Below are positions 8,637 through 19,186 of a DNA stretch of 64,000 nucleotides, in pieces. The stretch covers positions 576,001 to 640,000 of the forward strand of contig CAVTJJ010000004.1 of assembly GCA_963735035.1 (NCBI GenBank), written 5' to 3'. A program made the position numbers and the translations under genes. Positions within the stretch are counted from its first letter, which is position 1, and every line of letters starts with the position of its first letter. This DNA comes from an uncultured candidate division Zixibacteria bacterium. Its GTDB lineage: Bacteria > Zixibacteria > MSB-5A5 > GN15 > FEB-12. Under the pieces are notes generated by a model that saw only the letters and a program-made list of their open reading frames with translations, was not told the DNA's origin and did no database searches.

Positions 8637-11188
8637 CTGCTCACCACTCCTTTGAGGCCGCCGGAAATCATGGCGGTCACGTTCGTGAGGACTCCGTAAA
8701 CGGTCAATCCGCCGGGACAGGCCAGATACCGCGGTTCCCAGGTCGGCTTGAACTTTTCTTTGTACTGTCGGAGACCCTGGAAGTTGTAAAAATGCTCACC
8801 GTGTCGGTAGACAAAAGTGCCCAGTTGATTCCAAAATGGTGCTGCTGAAGGGCTTTCCAGACCCGCCAGGGGGGCCATACCGAGGTTGAACCAGCGGTAA
8901 CCCTGCTCTTTGCCCCAGAGCATCATTTCAATAAACATATAGTCCATAACACCGGAAATCGCTTCGGGTTTATGGCGCATCAGGTCGACCGAGACTTCGA
9001 CGTGATTGTCGCTGGGCCAGATATTGGCAAAGGCGACCAGGGAACCATTCTGCTTGACCAGAGCCACCGGAGTTCGGCGGACATAGTTTTCATCGAAGAA
9101 TCCCAGAGAGAATCCCTTCTCTCGCGTGTTCTTAAGCTTGAGCCATTGGTCGGAGATGTCGCGCAACTGCGGCATCAATGATCCGGTTTCTTCGGCGGAA
9201 ACGATTTCGAAAGTGCACCCCTCCGTCTCGGCGCGCTTTCGCCAATGACGCATTGGTTTGTTTTCGTGTCCGTCCAATGAAAAATCCGGAAGTGACACGA
9301 GCGCTTCTTCGCCCAATTTCAGCAGGTTCAAGCCGAGGTCAAGATATAGCGGCAGGTGGACATTTGTCACCTGATAAAAGACGGTCCAGCCGCCGTGACG
9401 GTCGGCCATTTCATGGAACTGCCATATCAGTTCGCGATATTCGGAAGGATCACCGACCGGATCGCCCATGGCCACCCAGCTTCGTCCCGACACCGAGTAC
9501 ATCACAAACGACCGACCGCTGGCGCTCTTGAGCAACGCCTTGTCGCCCAGTAGAGCGAGATATCCTTGCGTGCGGTCGGACTGTCTGACTACCGGGAAGA
9601 TCGTATTCAGTTCACCCTCAGTTGGCGGCACCGGGTCACGGGGGAACGGCTTGAGCAACATCCGCAAAGCGAGCAGCAGAGCCACGCCCCCGACACCGAC
9701 TCCGGCGCGCAAAGACCGAGGCGCGTCGGCCGCCAACTCGAACTGCCAAAGCATTTCATTAGAATAGCTCAAGTGTTTGAAGGAGAAGTAGGTCAGCCAG
9801 AGCGAACAGGCTACGACGATCACGATTGCCCCCACCCAGGCGGGACTCATCGGACGGCCGAGGAGAGAGGAGCGTCGATAGAAAAAGGATCGGGACGGGA
9901 GCAGTACCAAGAACATGATCAGAAGCACGGTAGCTTCTTCGTAGTCAAATCCCTTGGCGAGCGAGACGACGATACCGGCGCCCAGGAAAACGAGGCTCAG
10001 CACGTAGGCACCGTCCAATCGCCGCTGTAGTCCCCGCGCCAACAGCAATAGTCCCAGGCCGATGATGCTACCGATGAAGTGAGAAATCTCGATAGCCGGG
10101 AGGGGGAGAACATCGCGCAGCCAATTCATTCGCTCACTGATCGCCGGGGTGGCGCCTGAAAACAGCAGAATGGCGCCGGTCACAAATATCAGGAGGGCAA
10201 ACAAATGGGGTGCGAACGACGAGGCTACCTGCTGGATGAGTTTCAGGTTCTTCTGAAGGACACCCTTCCGCAAGCGTATTTCGAGGGTGGCGAGGCTGAC
10301 GGCAGCCAGAAAAAGCGGAACGATGTAATAGACTATCCGATAGGCCAGGAGCGAGCCGATAATCGCTGGAGGCGACGCCACCGGGCCGGCCAGGATTAAG
10401 AACACCGATTCGAAGACTCCCAATCCGCCGGGGACATTACTGGCGAGTCCGGCAATTTGCGCCAGGAGATAGATCCCGAGCACATGTATGTAGCTGAACG
10501 ATTCCGAGCTCGGAAGGAGCACGTAGAGGGCCATCGCGGCGGCCAGCCAGTCAAAGACTCCAACCCCGATCTGCGAAAACGTCAAGCCGGGGGAGGGAAC
10601 CTCGGCCTTCCAGCCTCGAAGTTGAAGCGGCTTTCTCAGGACCAGAATCCAGGTGAGATAGACCAGCAGAATCAGGGCGAACAGCAGGCCTATCGGAAGT
10701 GACGACGCAAATGGCAGGCTAATCTGTGCGGGCACCGCCAGCGGCACTGCGACCAGCACACAGGCCGACGTCGTCAGATAGCCTAACCAGAAGGTTGTCA
10801 CCCCGAAACCCATCAGGCTCGTTATTTCGAAGACCGTCAGGCCCCAGGCACCGTAGATGCGGAACCGAAGCGAACCACCGGTGAACAGTGAGAAGCCCAG
10901 GTTATGGCTGATCGCGTAGGTCGTAAACGAAGTTTGCAGAACTCGCAGATACGCCAGCGGATGGCGTATATAACGCAGAGCCAGCATATCATAGCAGGAC
11001 AACGCCAGATAGCTAAGAAGAGTGAATACCAGAGCCAACGCTATCCTGTGTCCGGGGAGGCTTTTGAACTCTGCTACTATATCGGCGAAATGGTGTTGCT
11101 GTAGCAGTCGATGAATGATCAAAAGGGCCACACAGAATAGGCCAATCGATACTACAGTGCCAATGATCTCGATCAGTCTCTTGCCCAT
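8633..11188 (-). CDS. mprF: Bifunctional lysylphosphatidylglycerol flippase/synthetase MprF (LpiA)
   Basis: Many TMs, VPGGLGVFE, YRIVYYIVP, MGDPVG, KLGEEA, REKGFSLG, VDLMR, NLGMAPL, YNFQGLRQYKEKF. Confidence 0.96.
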   Translation of the reverse strand: MGKRLIEIIGTVVSIGLFCVALLIIHRLLQQHHFADIVAEFKSLPGHRIALALVFTLLSYLALSCYDMLALRYIRHPLAYLRVLQTSFTTYAISHNLGFSLFTGGSLRFRIYGAWGLTVFEITSLMGFGVTTFWLGYLTTSACVLVAVPLAVPAQISLPFASSLPIGLLFALILLVYLTWILVLRKPLQLRGWKAEVPSPGLTFSQIGVGVFDWLAAAMALYVLLPSSESFSYIHVLGIYLLAQIAGLASNVPGGLGVFESVFLILAGPVASPPAIIGSLLAYRIVYYIVPLFLAAVSLATLEIRLRKGVLQKNLKLIQQVASSFAPHLFALLIFVTGAILLFSGATPAISERMNWLRDVLPLPAIEISHFIGSIIGLGLLLLARGLQRRLDGAYVLSLVFLGAGIVVSLAKGFDYEEATVLLIMFLVLLPSRSFFYRRSSLLGRPMSPAWVGAIVIVVACSLWLTYFSFKHLSYSNEMLWQFELAADAPRSLRAGVGVGGVALLLALRMLLKPFPRDPVPPTEGELNTIFPVVRQSDRTQGYLALLGDKALLKSASGRSFVMYSVSGRSWVAMGDPVGDPSEYRELIWQFHEMADRHGGWTVFYQVTNVHLPLYLDLGLNLLKLGEEALVSLPDFSLDGHENKPMRHWRKRAETEGCTFEIVSAEETGSLMPQLRDISDQWLKLKNTREKGFSLGFFDENYVRRTPVALVKQNGSLVAFANIWPSDNHVEVSVDLMRHKPEAISGVMDYMFIEMMLWGKEQGYRWFNLGMAPLAGLESPSAAPFWNQLGTFVYRHGEHFYNFQGLRQYKEKFKPTWEPRYLACPGGLTVYGVLTNVTAMISGGLKGVVSR

Positions 11189-11387
11189 AATTTATCTCAT
11201 AATCAATGGGACGGGTCCGGGCCCTGTCAAGCTTGGAATACTTCACAGCTTCTCCTACCGGTAGGTCGCACACTGACCGTCGGGTATCCATCCGGCTCGC
11301 TGCGCCCAACGTTAGTTGAAGCAAAAGGAGGTTGTGCTCGCAGCCGCCAGGGTCCTATATTACCCTTGTCTTCCAAAGGAGCCCCGC

Positions 11388-11729
11388 ATGTCCAAACGGA
11401 TCGAAGAATTCAAGAAAGAGCGTGAACAGCTAAACGAGAACATCCTGGCCCGTGACGACATCAATATTAAACGGTTCTTTGCCCTCGACGGGGCGGTGTA
11501 CCGCGACGGCGCCCTGCCGGCCAAGACCAAGGAGTTGCTTGGGCTGGCGGCATCATTGGTGCTTCGGTGTGACGATTGCATCACTTATCACGTCATCAGA
11601 GCCAGGGACAATCAAGTCACCGAGGCCGAATTTGACGAGGTCATGTCGATCGGATTGGTCGTGGGCGGTTCGATTACGATTCCGCACATTCGACGGGCCT
11701 ATCGTACCTGGAAGGAGCTCGGGGAGTGA
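11388..11729 (+). CDS. Carboxymuconolactone decarboxylase/AhpD-like protein
   Basis: GALPAKTKELLGL, LRCDDCITYH, VVGGSITIPH; AAGGAG RBS. Confidence 0.9.
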   Translation: MSKRIEEFKKEREQLNENILARDDINIKRFFALDGAVYRDGALPAKTKELLGLAASLVLRCDDCITYHVIRARDNQVTEAEFDEVMSIGLVVGGSITIPHIRRAYRTWKELGE

Positions 11730-12976
11730 GATTGGGTAGGGCTACAGCAGTGCCCGGCAGATGTCCACATCTGCCGGTTTTGTGGCGAACACTTCTGGCA
11801 ATTCTACTTGTGGTCACATCTGCACAGGCGGCCACGCTTACGGTCGAGCGCGGCACCGATCTGCAAGCGGTGATCGATCACGCTTCAACAGGGGATACAC
11901 TTCGGCTGGGAGCCAAAGTGTTCGAAGCCCGACGAACCCCGTTTACAGACCCGCTCTGCGGCAATTGCGAAGTTGCTCAAACGAATGTGGCCGCATCATA
12001 CGGGTTCATCATAAAAGGTAAGGGATTGGTCTTGATAGGGGTCGGTCGGGCCGAAACGCAATTAGTTACTCGGGCTGGATACGGCCTCTATATTGAGAAC
12101 GCCGACGGTACCGAGATCAGAAATCTTACTATTACCGGTGGTGTACGCGACCGTGACGGCAATGCTACCGACGCCGGAATTGTGGTGCGTGGTTCGCGGG
12201 TCACGATCGACCAGGTAGATATCCGCGACAACAACGACCGGGCATCTGATAGTACAGTAGTGGTTGGCATTGGCGGCATTTGTGGCCGGGAGGGGGCGGA
12301 TATTACGATTCGAAGCTGCAACATCATCAACGGCGGCTGGGACGGGATCGCGCTCTATCGCGGGGCCACGGCTTTTGTCAGTGACTGCGTTATCAAACAG
12401 GGGCGGGGTGCAGGGATCGGTGTCACCTGGGACGCCTACTGTGTGGCGTACCGGAATGAAGTCACCGGATTCTGGAAAGGGATCGGTTCGTTCGGGACAT
12501 CGTCGGTGATTGCCACCAACAATTTCGTTCATGACAACCTCGGCTGGGGGATCATCGGCACCGGGGAGTCGATGATGGAAGCGACCAACAACGTCGTGTT
12601 TCATAACGGCAACTGCGGTGTCGCCCCCTGGTCGACCGGCAGTCGCGGACGATTCATAAACAATATCATAGCGGCCAACGGATGGCGCGACCAGTGGGTC
12701 TGTCCCTGTGTTGGCGTTTGGAATTACGGCGATTGGGCGAAATGGGTCTTTCGTAACAACATCGTTTGGGGAAACAAAGCGGGTAATTACGAGGATATCT
12801 GGGATCAGACCGACATCAACGGCAACTTGAATACCGATCCCTTGTTCATGGGCGAGAATGATTTCCGACTCAAGCCAGAATCGCCGGCCTGGCACGCCGG
12901 GGATTCGACAATCTTCAATCGGGACGGTTCCCGCTCCAATATTGGCCTCGGTGGTGGTCCGAGAGCGGCCCACTGA
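11726..12976 (+). CDS. Secreted right-handed parallel beta-helix repeat protein (start may be TTG 11780)
   Basis: Signal-like LLAILLVVTSAQA, LQAVIDHA..GDTL, PbH1-type repeats (NNFVHDN, NNVVFHN, NNIIAAN), DPLF...DFRLKPESPA. Confidence 0.85.
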   Translation: MRLGRATAVPGRCPHLPVLWRTLLAILLVVTSAQAATLTVERGTDLQAVIDHASTGDTLRLGAKVFEARRTPFTDPLCGNCEVAQTNVAASYGFIIKGKGLVLIGVGRAETQLVTRAGYGLYIENADGTEIRNLTITGGVRDRDGNATDAGIVVRGSRVTIDQVDIRDNNDRASDSTVVVGIGGICGREGADITIRSCNIINGGWDGIALYRGATAFVSDCVIKQGRGAGIGVTWDAYCVAYRNEVTGFWKGIGSFGTSSVIATNNFVHDNLGWGIIGTGESMMEATNNVVFHNGNCGVAPWSTGSRGRFINNIIAANGWRDQWVCPCVGVWNYGDWAKWVFRNNIVWGNKAGNYEDIWDQTDINGNLNTDPLFMGENDFRLKPESPAWHAGDSTIFNRDGSRSNIGLGGGPRAAH

Positions 12977-13083
12977 CCTACATGTCTCAAGATGGATGGG
13001 AGGCTCAATAAAACCGGGCAATCGTCCGATCTATCCCTTAAATGGATATGATGTTTGACTGACTCTATTTTGGGAGGCAAGTT

Positions 13084-14763
13084 GTGAAGAAAGCGTTTGG
13101 CGGACTGTTTGTCTTGTTGTCCCTGACAGCCATGTTGGTCCTGGTGGGTTGTGGCAAAGAAAAAACGACGCCGACCCAACCCGGTGATCCAAATTCACCT
13201 ACTTACGAACTTTTCTCGGGCGAGTTCAAGAATGTAGACAGCCTGGTAGTCCAGATGTTCGGAAACACCTTCGTGCTCATGGACAGCATCACAACCAGCA
13301 CTCCGACTTCACCGAGGTTCAGGTCGCCCATCGCGAGCCCGGCTGCAGTCACCTGGGTCTGGAGCGAGGCCGTTCAGTCGTGGATCTGCACAGCCTCCGA
13401 GACGACCGACAGTGCCACCGTCAGCATAGTTGACACCATTAAGTTCTGGCAAGGCGCGACCGTCGTGCAGTGGCCGAATCTCAATTCGCTGACGCAAATG
13501 ACCAACCACTACTGGATGACGGTCTCGGCGACCGGTGGTGACGGGGGGACTGCCCACCTTCTCACCACGGTAGTGTTCACGGGCGGTATCCACCGCGTCC
13601 TGACGATCGACGCCAGCGGAGCGATCGACGGCAGTTTCGATCATACCGGCACCAGGAATAACGATACCACGCACTGTAACGGGACGATGGCTTTCACGGT
13701 CGCCGCTGACAGCCTGATACTGGATTTCGACGACCTGTGGAACGACAGCGGTCTGAACTGTCCTATGGCCGGTAAGCTGGACTTCACGGGGAGCGTCAGT
13801 CTCGTCTGCACCGGTGCGGGCGCAGGTTCCGTATCGGGTAATTGGACCGTCGGCGAGACGTTTGACAACGGCCAGATGACGCTGGTCTACAGCAACGGCA
13901 CGAATAGCTGGACGGCCACGGAGACCTGTGGTTCGGAGCCTTTTGAGACGGGCACCGACTCGGCGTTTGTCGATCATTACTTCGACGGCCCTGATCAATT
14001 TACGATAGCGTTTCAGACGCTCGATGTCTCGATAGCTCTTATTGATTCGGTTCCCGCGGTGGGTGCGCCGGCTCGATCGAGGAAACAGGCATCCATGCTG
14101 GGCGACCACGAAATCATCATCATTTCGGCGGTGACTTCGTACACCTATTCAGCCGGATGGCATATCTTCAATTTTAGCGCGCTGGTAGTCGATACCGTCC
14201 TGGACGACACCACGTTTGTTGCCGGTGTTGACTCCCTTCAGATATACTCTCAGACCAACCTGGTGCAATTTCCAAGCGGCATGGACGGGGTCGATCAGCT
14301 TCGGGAGCGGATGCATGCCGGCTGGGATCAGTCATCCGGTGTAAATTGGGGACGGATCAACCATTCCAGCATAGTGACCGCGACCGGGGTCGGCGCCGAC
14401 ACCACTTTGTCGCTCAGCGGCACCGTACATGATACGATCTATACGGATATGGGCGGAGAAGCCGGTAGTTGCAACATTACGACGGTTATCAACGAGACTG
14501 TTTCCAACCTGGCCTTGCCTTCCGCCAACACTCTCGGTTGCCCGCTCAGCGGTGAAGTGGTGGTTTCGGCCGAATTCGACGCCCATTGCGACGCCGGTGA
14601 GCTCACGACAGGGCCTTTTGATTACCACGGGACCTGGACGGTTAATGCGACAGTCAATCCGGACCTGACTATAACCCGAACTCTGACAGGTGGAAACTTC
14701 CATTGGGAAACGACCCACGAATGCATCCAGGGGGCATCGGCTCCTTTCTGGAGCGGTCGTTGA
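13084..14763 (+). CDS. Hypothetical lipoprotein with two internally repeated Cys-containing domains
   Basis: Lipobox LVGC, GGAGG RBS; CPMAG..C..SGNWTV..WTATETC repeated as CPLSG..C..HGTWTV..WETTHEC. Confidence 0.8.
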   Translation: MKKAFGGLFVLLSLTAMLVLVGCGKEKTTPTQPGDPNSPTYELFSGEFKNVDSLVVQMFGNTFVLMDSITTSTPTSPRFRSPIASPAAVTWVWSEAVQSWICTASETTDSATVSIVDTIKFWQGATVVQWPNLNSLTQMTNHYWMTVSATGGDGGTAHLLTTVVFTGGIHRVLTIDASGAIDGSFDHTGTRNNDTTHCNGTMAFTVAADSLILDFDDLWNDSGLNCPMAGKLDFTGSVSLVCTGAGAGSVSGNWTVGETFDNGQMTLVYSNGTNSWTATETCGSEPFETGTDSAFVDHYFDGPDQFTIAFQTLDVSIALIDSVPAVGAPARSRKQASMLGDHEIIIISAVTSYTYSAGWHIFNFSALVVDTVLDDTTFVAGVDSLQIYSQTNLVQFPSGMDGVDQLRERMHAGWDQSSGVNWGRINHSSIVTATGVGADTTLSLSGTVHDTIYTDMGGEAGSCNITTVINETVSNLALPSANTLGCPLSGEVVVSAEFDAHCDAGELTTGPFDYHGTWTVNATVNPDLTITRTLTGGNFHWETTHECIQGASAPFWSGR

Positions 14764-14790
14764 GCCAGGCTGAAATTTGACGGATATTTG

Positions 14791-14819
14791 GGGCGCTCTG
14801 AAGGGCGCCCTTTTCTTTT
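14791..14819 (+). terminator. Intrinsic terminator
   Basis: GGGCGCTCT-GA-AGGGCGCCC stem (one G-U pair) followed by TTTTCTTTT. Confidence 0.8.
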
Positions 14820-14968
14820 GCTTCCTGGTCAAGGCCAAGGTGCCGCGTTTAGGGCGAATAGTTCCTAAGGTTGGGTTCCAAACCTCTTGATTTCAGCCGA
14901 ATGATATTCGATCTTTGGCGCTGCAACCGTGGACGTGCCCTGTGGGCGACGGATGTTGGTCTGACCAC

Positions 14969-15056
14969 GGAGGAGTGGCTGAGTGGTCGAAAGCGGCGGT
15001 CTTGAAAACCGTTGTACCGAAAGGTACCGTGGGTTCGAATCCTACCTCCTCCGCCA
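14969..15056 (+). tRNA. tRNA-Ser (anticodon TGA)
   Basis: GGAGGAG/CTCCTCC acceptor stem, anticodon arm GCGGT-CTTGAAA-ACCGT, long variable arm GTACCGAAAGGTAC, GGTTCGAATCC T-arm, encoded CCA. Confidence 0.97.
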
Positions 15057-15300
15057 TATTTCATCTGGACGATTCGCTTCGCGTCTTTCTAAGAAGGTTA
15101 GGGGTCAGATACAAGGGTCCGATATGTATCCCAAGTCCACCGCATTGATCGGAAAAGCCCGTGCCGGAAGATCCGCGAGGGTAGTCTCGGAGAATCAAAG
15201 AACCCCCGCAGTGCGTCATGTACGAAACATATGCCCGAGCCACCAATTGAACTTTCAACTAGATTCTTTACATTCCCCGTTGATTTGCTATAGTTAGCCC

Positions 15301-15900
15301 ATGCTTCCAGAATATTACGCGATTATCGGCGCCATAATCGGTTCGCTAGGCGGCTACTATTACTTCTACGAAACCATCGTCGGCAAAGCCCAACCCAACC
15401 GTATTACGTGGCTGCTTTGGGGAATCTTCCCGATGATTATCTTTGTAGCGCAAAGGGCGCAGGGTGTCGAGGGTTTATCGTGGACGTCGTTTGTCGCTGG
15501 CTTTACGCCGCTGCTTATAGTCGCGGCATCTTTCTTCAACAAGAAAGCCTATTGGAAGAGTGAACCGCGCGACTACTACCTGATGGCAGCGGCTATCATC
15601 GGTATCATCCTCTGGGCCATTACCGACAATCCGAACCTGGCCCTACTCTTCTCGCTGCTGGCCGATATGCTGGCGAGCATACCGACACTTATCAAGTCGT
15701 ATCGCCATCCTCATTCCGAGAGTTGGATTGCCTATGCTATCAGCACAGCTGGCTTCGGAATAAGCTTTCTGTCGGTTCAGACCTATAACTTTGAGAATGC
15801 CGCATTCGTAGCCTACGTGTTTATCCTCAACGGCGTCCTTGCGGTGCTGGCCTCACGGAGCCGCAAGCATAAACAGGCAACTGGCGAAGTCTTGCCGTGA
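15301..15900 (+). CDS. Hypothetical multi-TM membrane protein
   Basis: About 7 hydrophobic segments; PNRITWLLW and IPTLIKSYRHPHSES motifs. Confidence 0.8.
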   Translation: MLPEYYAIIGAIIGSLGGYYYFYETIVGKAQPNRITWLLWGIFPMIIFVAQRAQGVEGLSWTSFVAGFTPLLIVAASFFNKKAYWKSEPRDYYLMAAAIIGIILWAITDNPNLALLFSLLADMLASIPTLIKSYRHPHSESWIAYAISTAGFGISFLSVQTYNFENAAFVAYVFILNGVLAVLASRSRKHKQATGEVLP

Positions 15901-16088
15901 TGTCGTCAGTGGCCGGGTGGCCCACAAATTGGCGAGTGTTGAAGAAGTCCCTTCTCCGTCATCGCGAGTCCAAACCGTGGGGTGTCTGCCCGGAATCTCA
16001 CCCCAACATCCGTCGCGGACGGATTGACGCACCCGGCTTCGCGTCTCTCTAAGGAGGCAGCGTGACCGAGATCTTGCCCGCCCGAGTT

Positions 16089-17102
16089 TCATCCCTTTTG
16101 GGATTGCAGCTTCCGGAATCTCGTCATCATAGTCAAGGCATTCTTATGATCCGGCGAGTAGTAAAGAATTTTCTCCAGATCTATCATGGCCTTCTCGTAC
16201 TCCTCGAACATTGAGAGGGAATTGGAACGGTACTGAAGCCAGTCGAGCTTGTCCCCGTAAGAAAGTGCCTGCGAATACATTTCCACGGCGCGACGGTGAT
16301 CACCTTCCTGAGCAAGCAAACTTCCCACATCAGCGAACATTGATCCCAGAATTGACCATATCCGTGGATTCAGGTTGGCGTCCTGGGCGCACAGGTACCC
16401 AAACGCTGCCATTGCGTCATAAGATCCACCCCATCTTGGCTCCAGGGATTTCATGTACTGTAGCCGGAGATAGAAAGAACGTTGATCGTGTTTGATCGCC
16501 TCTTGATAGATATCGTCCGGCGAAAATGGCATAGCGGCCATCATGCTGAGGCGAACCAGGCCTAACCAGGCCGGGGTTAATTCAGGATTCTTCCGGACCG
16601 CGACCCGAAAGTCCGCAGCCGCTTCGTCGCAAAACTGTTGCATCGCGTTCACGTCCCTCTGCGGGACGTCTCTTATGGCGTTGGTGCCCCTGGCCGAACC
16701 GGCCTTGGCCATCCGGTAGTAGCCGCGGGCGGCATAGGCGATATCGGATCCGGTTCCGTTGATCCAGGCCTCAAAATATGAGGGAGCAATCTCATTGCCG
16801 GGGGCGAACAAGTCGTACCCCTTCTGAAGAGGAGACTCGTAGTCAGGGTTCTGACGGTAGCTTTCAAGATTTTGTCGATAGTCCTTTTCGATCTGAGCGT
16901 ATTCCTGACGCATCAGCCTTGAGGCCACAGAACTCGGAGAAAGAGTCGGAAGGTCCAAAGATGCTTTGAGAGCGCGGTTTGAGGCATCGGCCCGTTCGGT
17001 GGATGGACCTGGATATTGGACAGACTGACCGGCGGCAGGCCCGGCTGTAATTGCAGTTGCCAGAATACTGCAGACAACGCAGTAACAAACCCTTCTTAAC
17101 AT
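16089..17102 (-). CDS. Secreted DUF4034-like/TPR protein
   Basis: Signal peptide from ATG 17102, LEPRWGGSYDAM motif, C-terminal TPR-like helices. Confidence 0.7.
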   Translation of the reverse strand: MLRRVCYCVVCSILATAITAGPAAGQSVQYPGPSTERADASNRALKASLDLPTLSPSSVASRLMRQEYAQIEKDYRQNLESYRQNPDYESPLQKGYDLFAPGNEIAPSYFEAWINGTGSDIAYAARGYYRMAKAGSARGTNAIRDVPQRDVNAMQQFCDEAAADFRVAVRKNPELTPAWLGLVRLSMMAAMPFSPDDIYQEAIKHDQRSFYLRLQYMKSLEPRWGGSYDAMAAFGYLCAQDANLNPRIWSILGSMFADVGSLLAQEGDHRRAVEMYSQALSYGDKLDWLQYRSNSLSMFEEYEKAMIDLEKILYYSPDHKNALTMMTRFRKLQSQKG

Positions 17103-17503
17103 GGGACGTAACTCCTTCAAACGGCTAATGGTTTGAGGCGTGGCTGAAGCCACCGATAGCTCTTCCGGGTCCAATGATAGAATGGCTTCAGGCTCTTGCC
17201 GAAGACCGGCATTATTAGTTATCGGTAGAAAGGCGGGGGTTCTTGAAGGTGAAGTGAGTTGTCCTGACAAGCAAGGTTGAAAGGGATGTTCCTCTGGGGT
17301 CAGTCTGGCAGGGGCCAGTCTTGAACGGAGTCGCGTGAGTCCGGCGTGAACAAATCCCGGATCGCATTGTTACTCTACTTAATCGAACTGGACTTGAAAC
17401 GCAGGTGCGACAGGATATGATCGAAGAAGTGTAATGGAGCGACAAAGAGACACCCCTCGTTCTTTGCACATAAACGACTCAGTGCCAGCTAGGCAGGTTG
17501 CGT

Positions 17504-18097
17504 ATGAGAAAGATCATAATTCTACTGGCGGCGGTGACAATCGGGGTTTCATCGTTAACAGCCAGAGAGCTCCAGGTTGACAAAGCCGCCAAGAATCATG
17601 TGAAGTTCACATCCGATGCCAAGATTGAGAGTTTCTCCGGGGTCACCGACCGAATCGACGGTTACGTTATCTGGAGTGGGAACGATCTCAAGCCCGACGT
17701 TTCTCTTGCCGGCAGCAAGGTGTATTTCGAGGTTGAATTGAACGGCCTCGATACGGGGATCGGCATGCGCAATCGCCACATGCGCGAGAACTTCCTGGAG
17801 ACCGACAAATATCCATATGCGCATTACACGGGGGAAATTGTCCGTGTTGACACGGCCTCCGGGGGCGCTTTCGATATTACCACCAGTGGCAAGCTCTTCA
17901 TCCATGGGAAAGAACAGGCGGTGACCCTGAAAGTACAGGTCTCGCCTCAAGGGAACGAATACCTGGTGCACAGCAGTTTCGAGGTGAAGCTGCCGGATTA
18001 CGACATCAAAGTCCCCACGCTGATGTTCCTGAAAATCAGTGAGACGATTGGGCTTGAACTCGACTTCACTCTAAAAGACGCACAGATGGGAAAGTGA
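17504..18097 (+). CDS. YceI family lipid/polyisoprenoid-binding protein
   Basis: Signal peptide, LDTGIGMRNRHMRENFLETDKYP, GKLFIHG. Confidence 0.92.
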   Translation: MRKIIILLAAVTIGVSSLTARELQVDKAAKNHVKFTSDAKIESFSGVTDRIDGYVIWSGNDLKPDVSLAGSKVYFEVELNGLDTGIGMRNRHMRENFLETDKYPYAHYTGEIVRVDTASGGAFDITTSGKLFIHGKEQAVTLKVQVSPQGNEYLVHSSFEVKLPDYDIKVPTLMFLKISETIGLELDFTLKDAQMGK

Positions 18098-18106
18098 GGA
18101 AGTTAC

Positions 18107-18964
18107 ATGAGAAAGATGATGTTGGTATTGGTCTTGATCGGTGGCCTGACGGTCACAGCCGCCGCTCAACAGGAGCCCGCCTGGCATCGGAGCAGCGATA
18201 CCACTAAGCTGGAACTCCAGTTGTTCCGCTCCTGTCAGGCGTTCAATCTACCTACCGCAGAAACACTTCAGAAACATAACCTGCAATTCGAGGTGGGGCA
18301 TCGGTTGTCCCCACCCGTGCATGACAGTCACAGTCTATACGGACTCGACGGCCCGGCGACCATTCGTCTGGGCCTCAGCTTCGCCGTTTCAAACAAGCTT
18401 ATGGTGACAACGGCCGTAAGCAATGCCAATAACAGTTATGACTTCGGGCTCAAGTACAAGCTTCCGCCGATTCTCCAGGGCGGTTTTCCAGTTACAGCGG
18501 CAGTGCAAGGAGGGTTAGGTTGGAATACGAAAGTCATCGGACGTACCAAAGGGGACTCCCGAAACTCCCAAGCTTACGGTCAGCTCATAGTGAACACCAT
18601 GATTCACAAGAAGCTCGGGTTTGGTGTAGTGCCGTCGTACCTCTACAACAGCATTATAACCGACGATTCAAAGTCGGAACATGCTATCGGGCTGGGAGGA
18701 TATGCCGAGTACTATGTCAACCCGGTTCTGGCGGTGCTGGCGGAATGTAACCCGGTCATAAATGGTTCACACCGACAGTATCAGACGGGCGCTTTCGGAA
18801 TTGAGTTGAATACGGGCGGGCATTTCTTCAAGATCCTGCTCACCAACAGCACCTGGATCAACCCAACTCAGTATCTGGCCGGGTCGGAATACAAGTTCCG
18901 CGGCAATGAATGGCGGTTCGGTTTTACGATCACGAGACTGTTCAGCTTCGAACATCCGAAATAG
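18107..18964 (+). CDS. DUF5777 family outer-membrane beta-barrel protein
   Basis: FNLPTAETL, FEVGHR, YGLDGPATIRLGL, GIELNTGGHFFKILLTN, FGFTITRLF; adjacent to YceI as usual. Confidence 0.85.
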   Translation: MRKMMLVLVLIGGLTVTAAAQQEPAWHRSSDTTKLELQLFRSCQAFNLPTAETLQKHNLQFEVGHRLSPPVHDSHSLYGLDGPATIRLGLSFAVSNKLMVTTAVSNANNSYDFGLKYKLPPILQGGFPVTAAVQGGLGWNTKVIGRTKGDSRNSQAYGQLIVNTMIHKKLGFGVVPSYLYNSIITDDSKSEHAIGLGGYAEYYVNPVLAVLAECNPVINGSHRQYQTGAFGIELNTGGHFFKILLTNSTWINPTQYLAGSEYKFRGNEWRFGFTITRLFSFEHPK

Positions 18965-19186
18965 CGCAACCTGGAGGATTATCGATAGAGACGTCCTTGA
19001 ACTGGGATAGGCGGGTCGAAGAGGTGGTTAGGTGGGGGTTGTATGGACCCATGAAGAAATGGCAATTGGTTGTGGTGCAGGAGGTTGGCGAACTTAAATG
19101 ATGGTGACAAACCGGATGAGTCGGAATCATGGGAGAGGGCACTGAGAATGATTGACGTTTGATAGAAGAAATGTTACTTTACAAAC

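Noticed and set aside
7224..11188. mprF-acvB pair as a novel system
   Set aside because: This is the established LpiA/AcvB lysyl-phosphatidylglycerol synthesis and hydrolysis module.
17218..17246. Sigma-28-like promoter (TCAAG...ACCGATAA, minus strand) upstream of the DUF4034-like gene
   Set aside because: Single imperfect match with no supporting context in the window; too weak to call.
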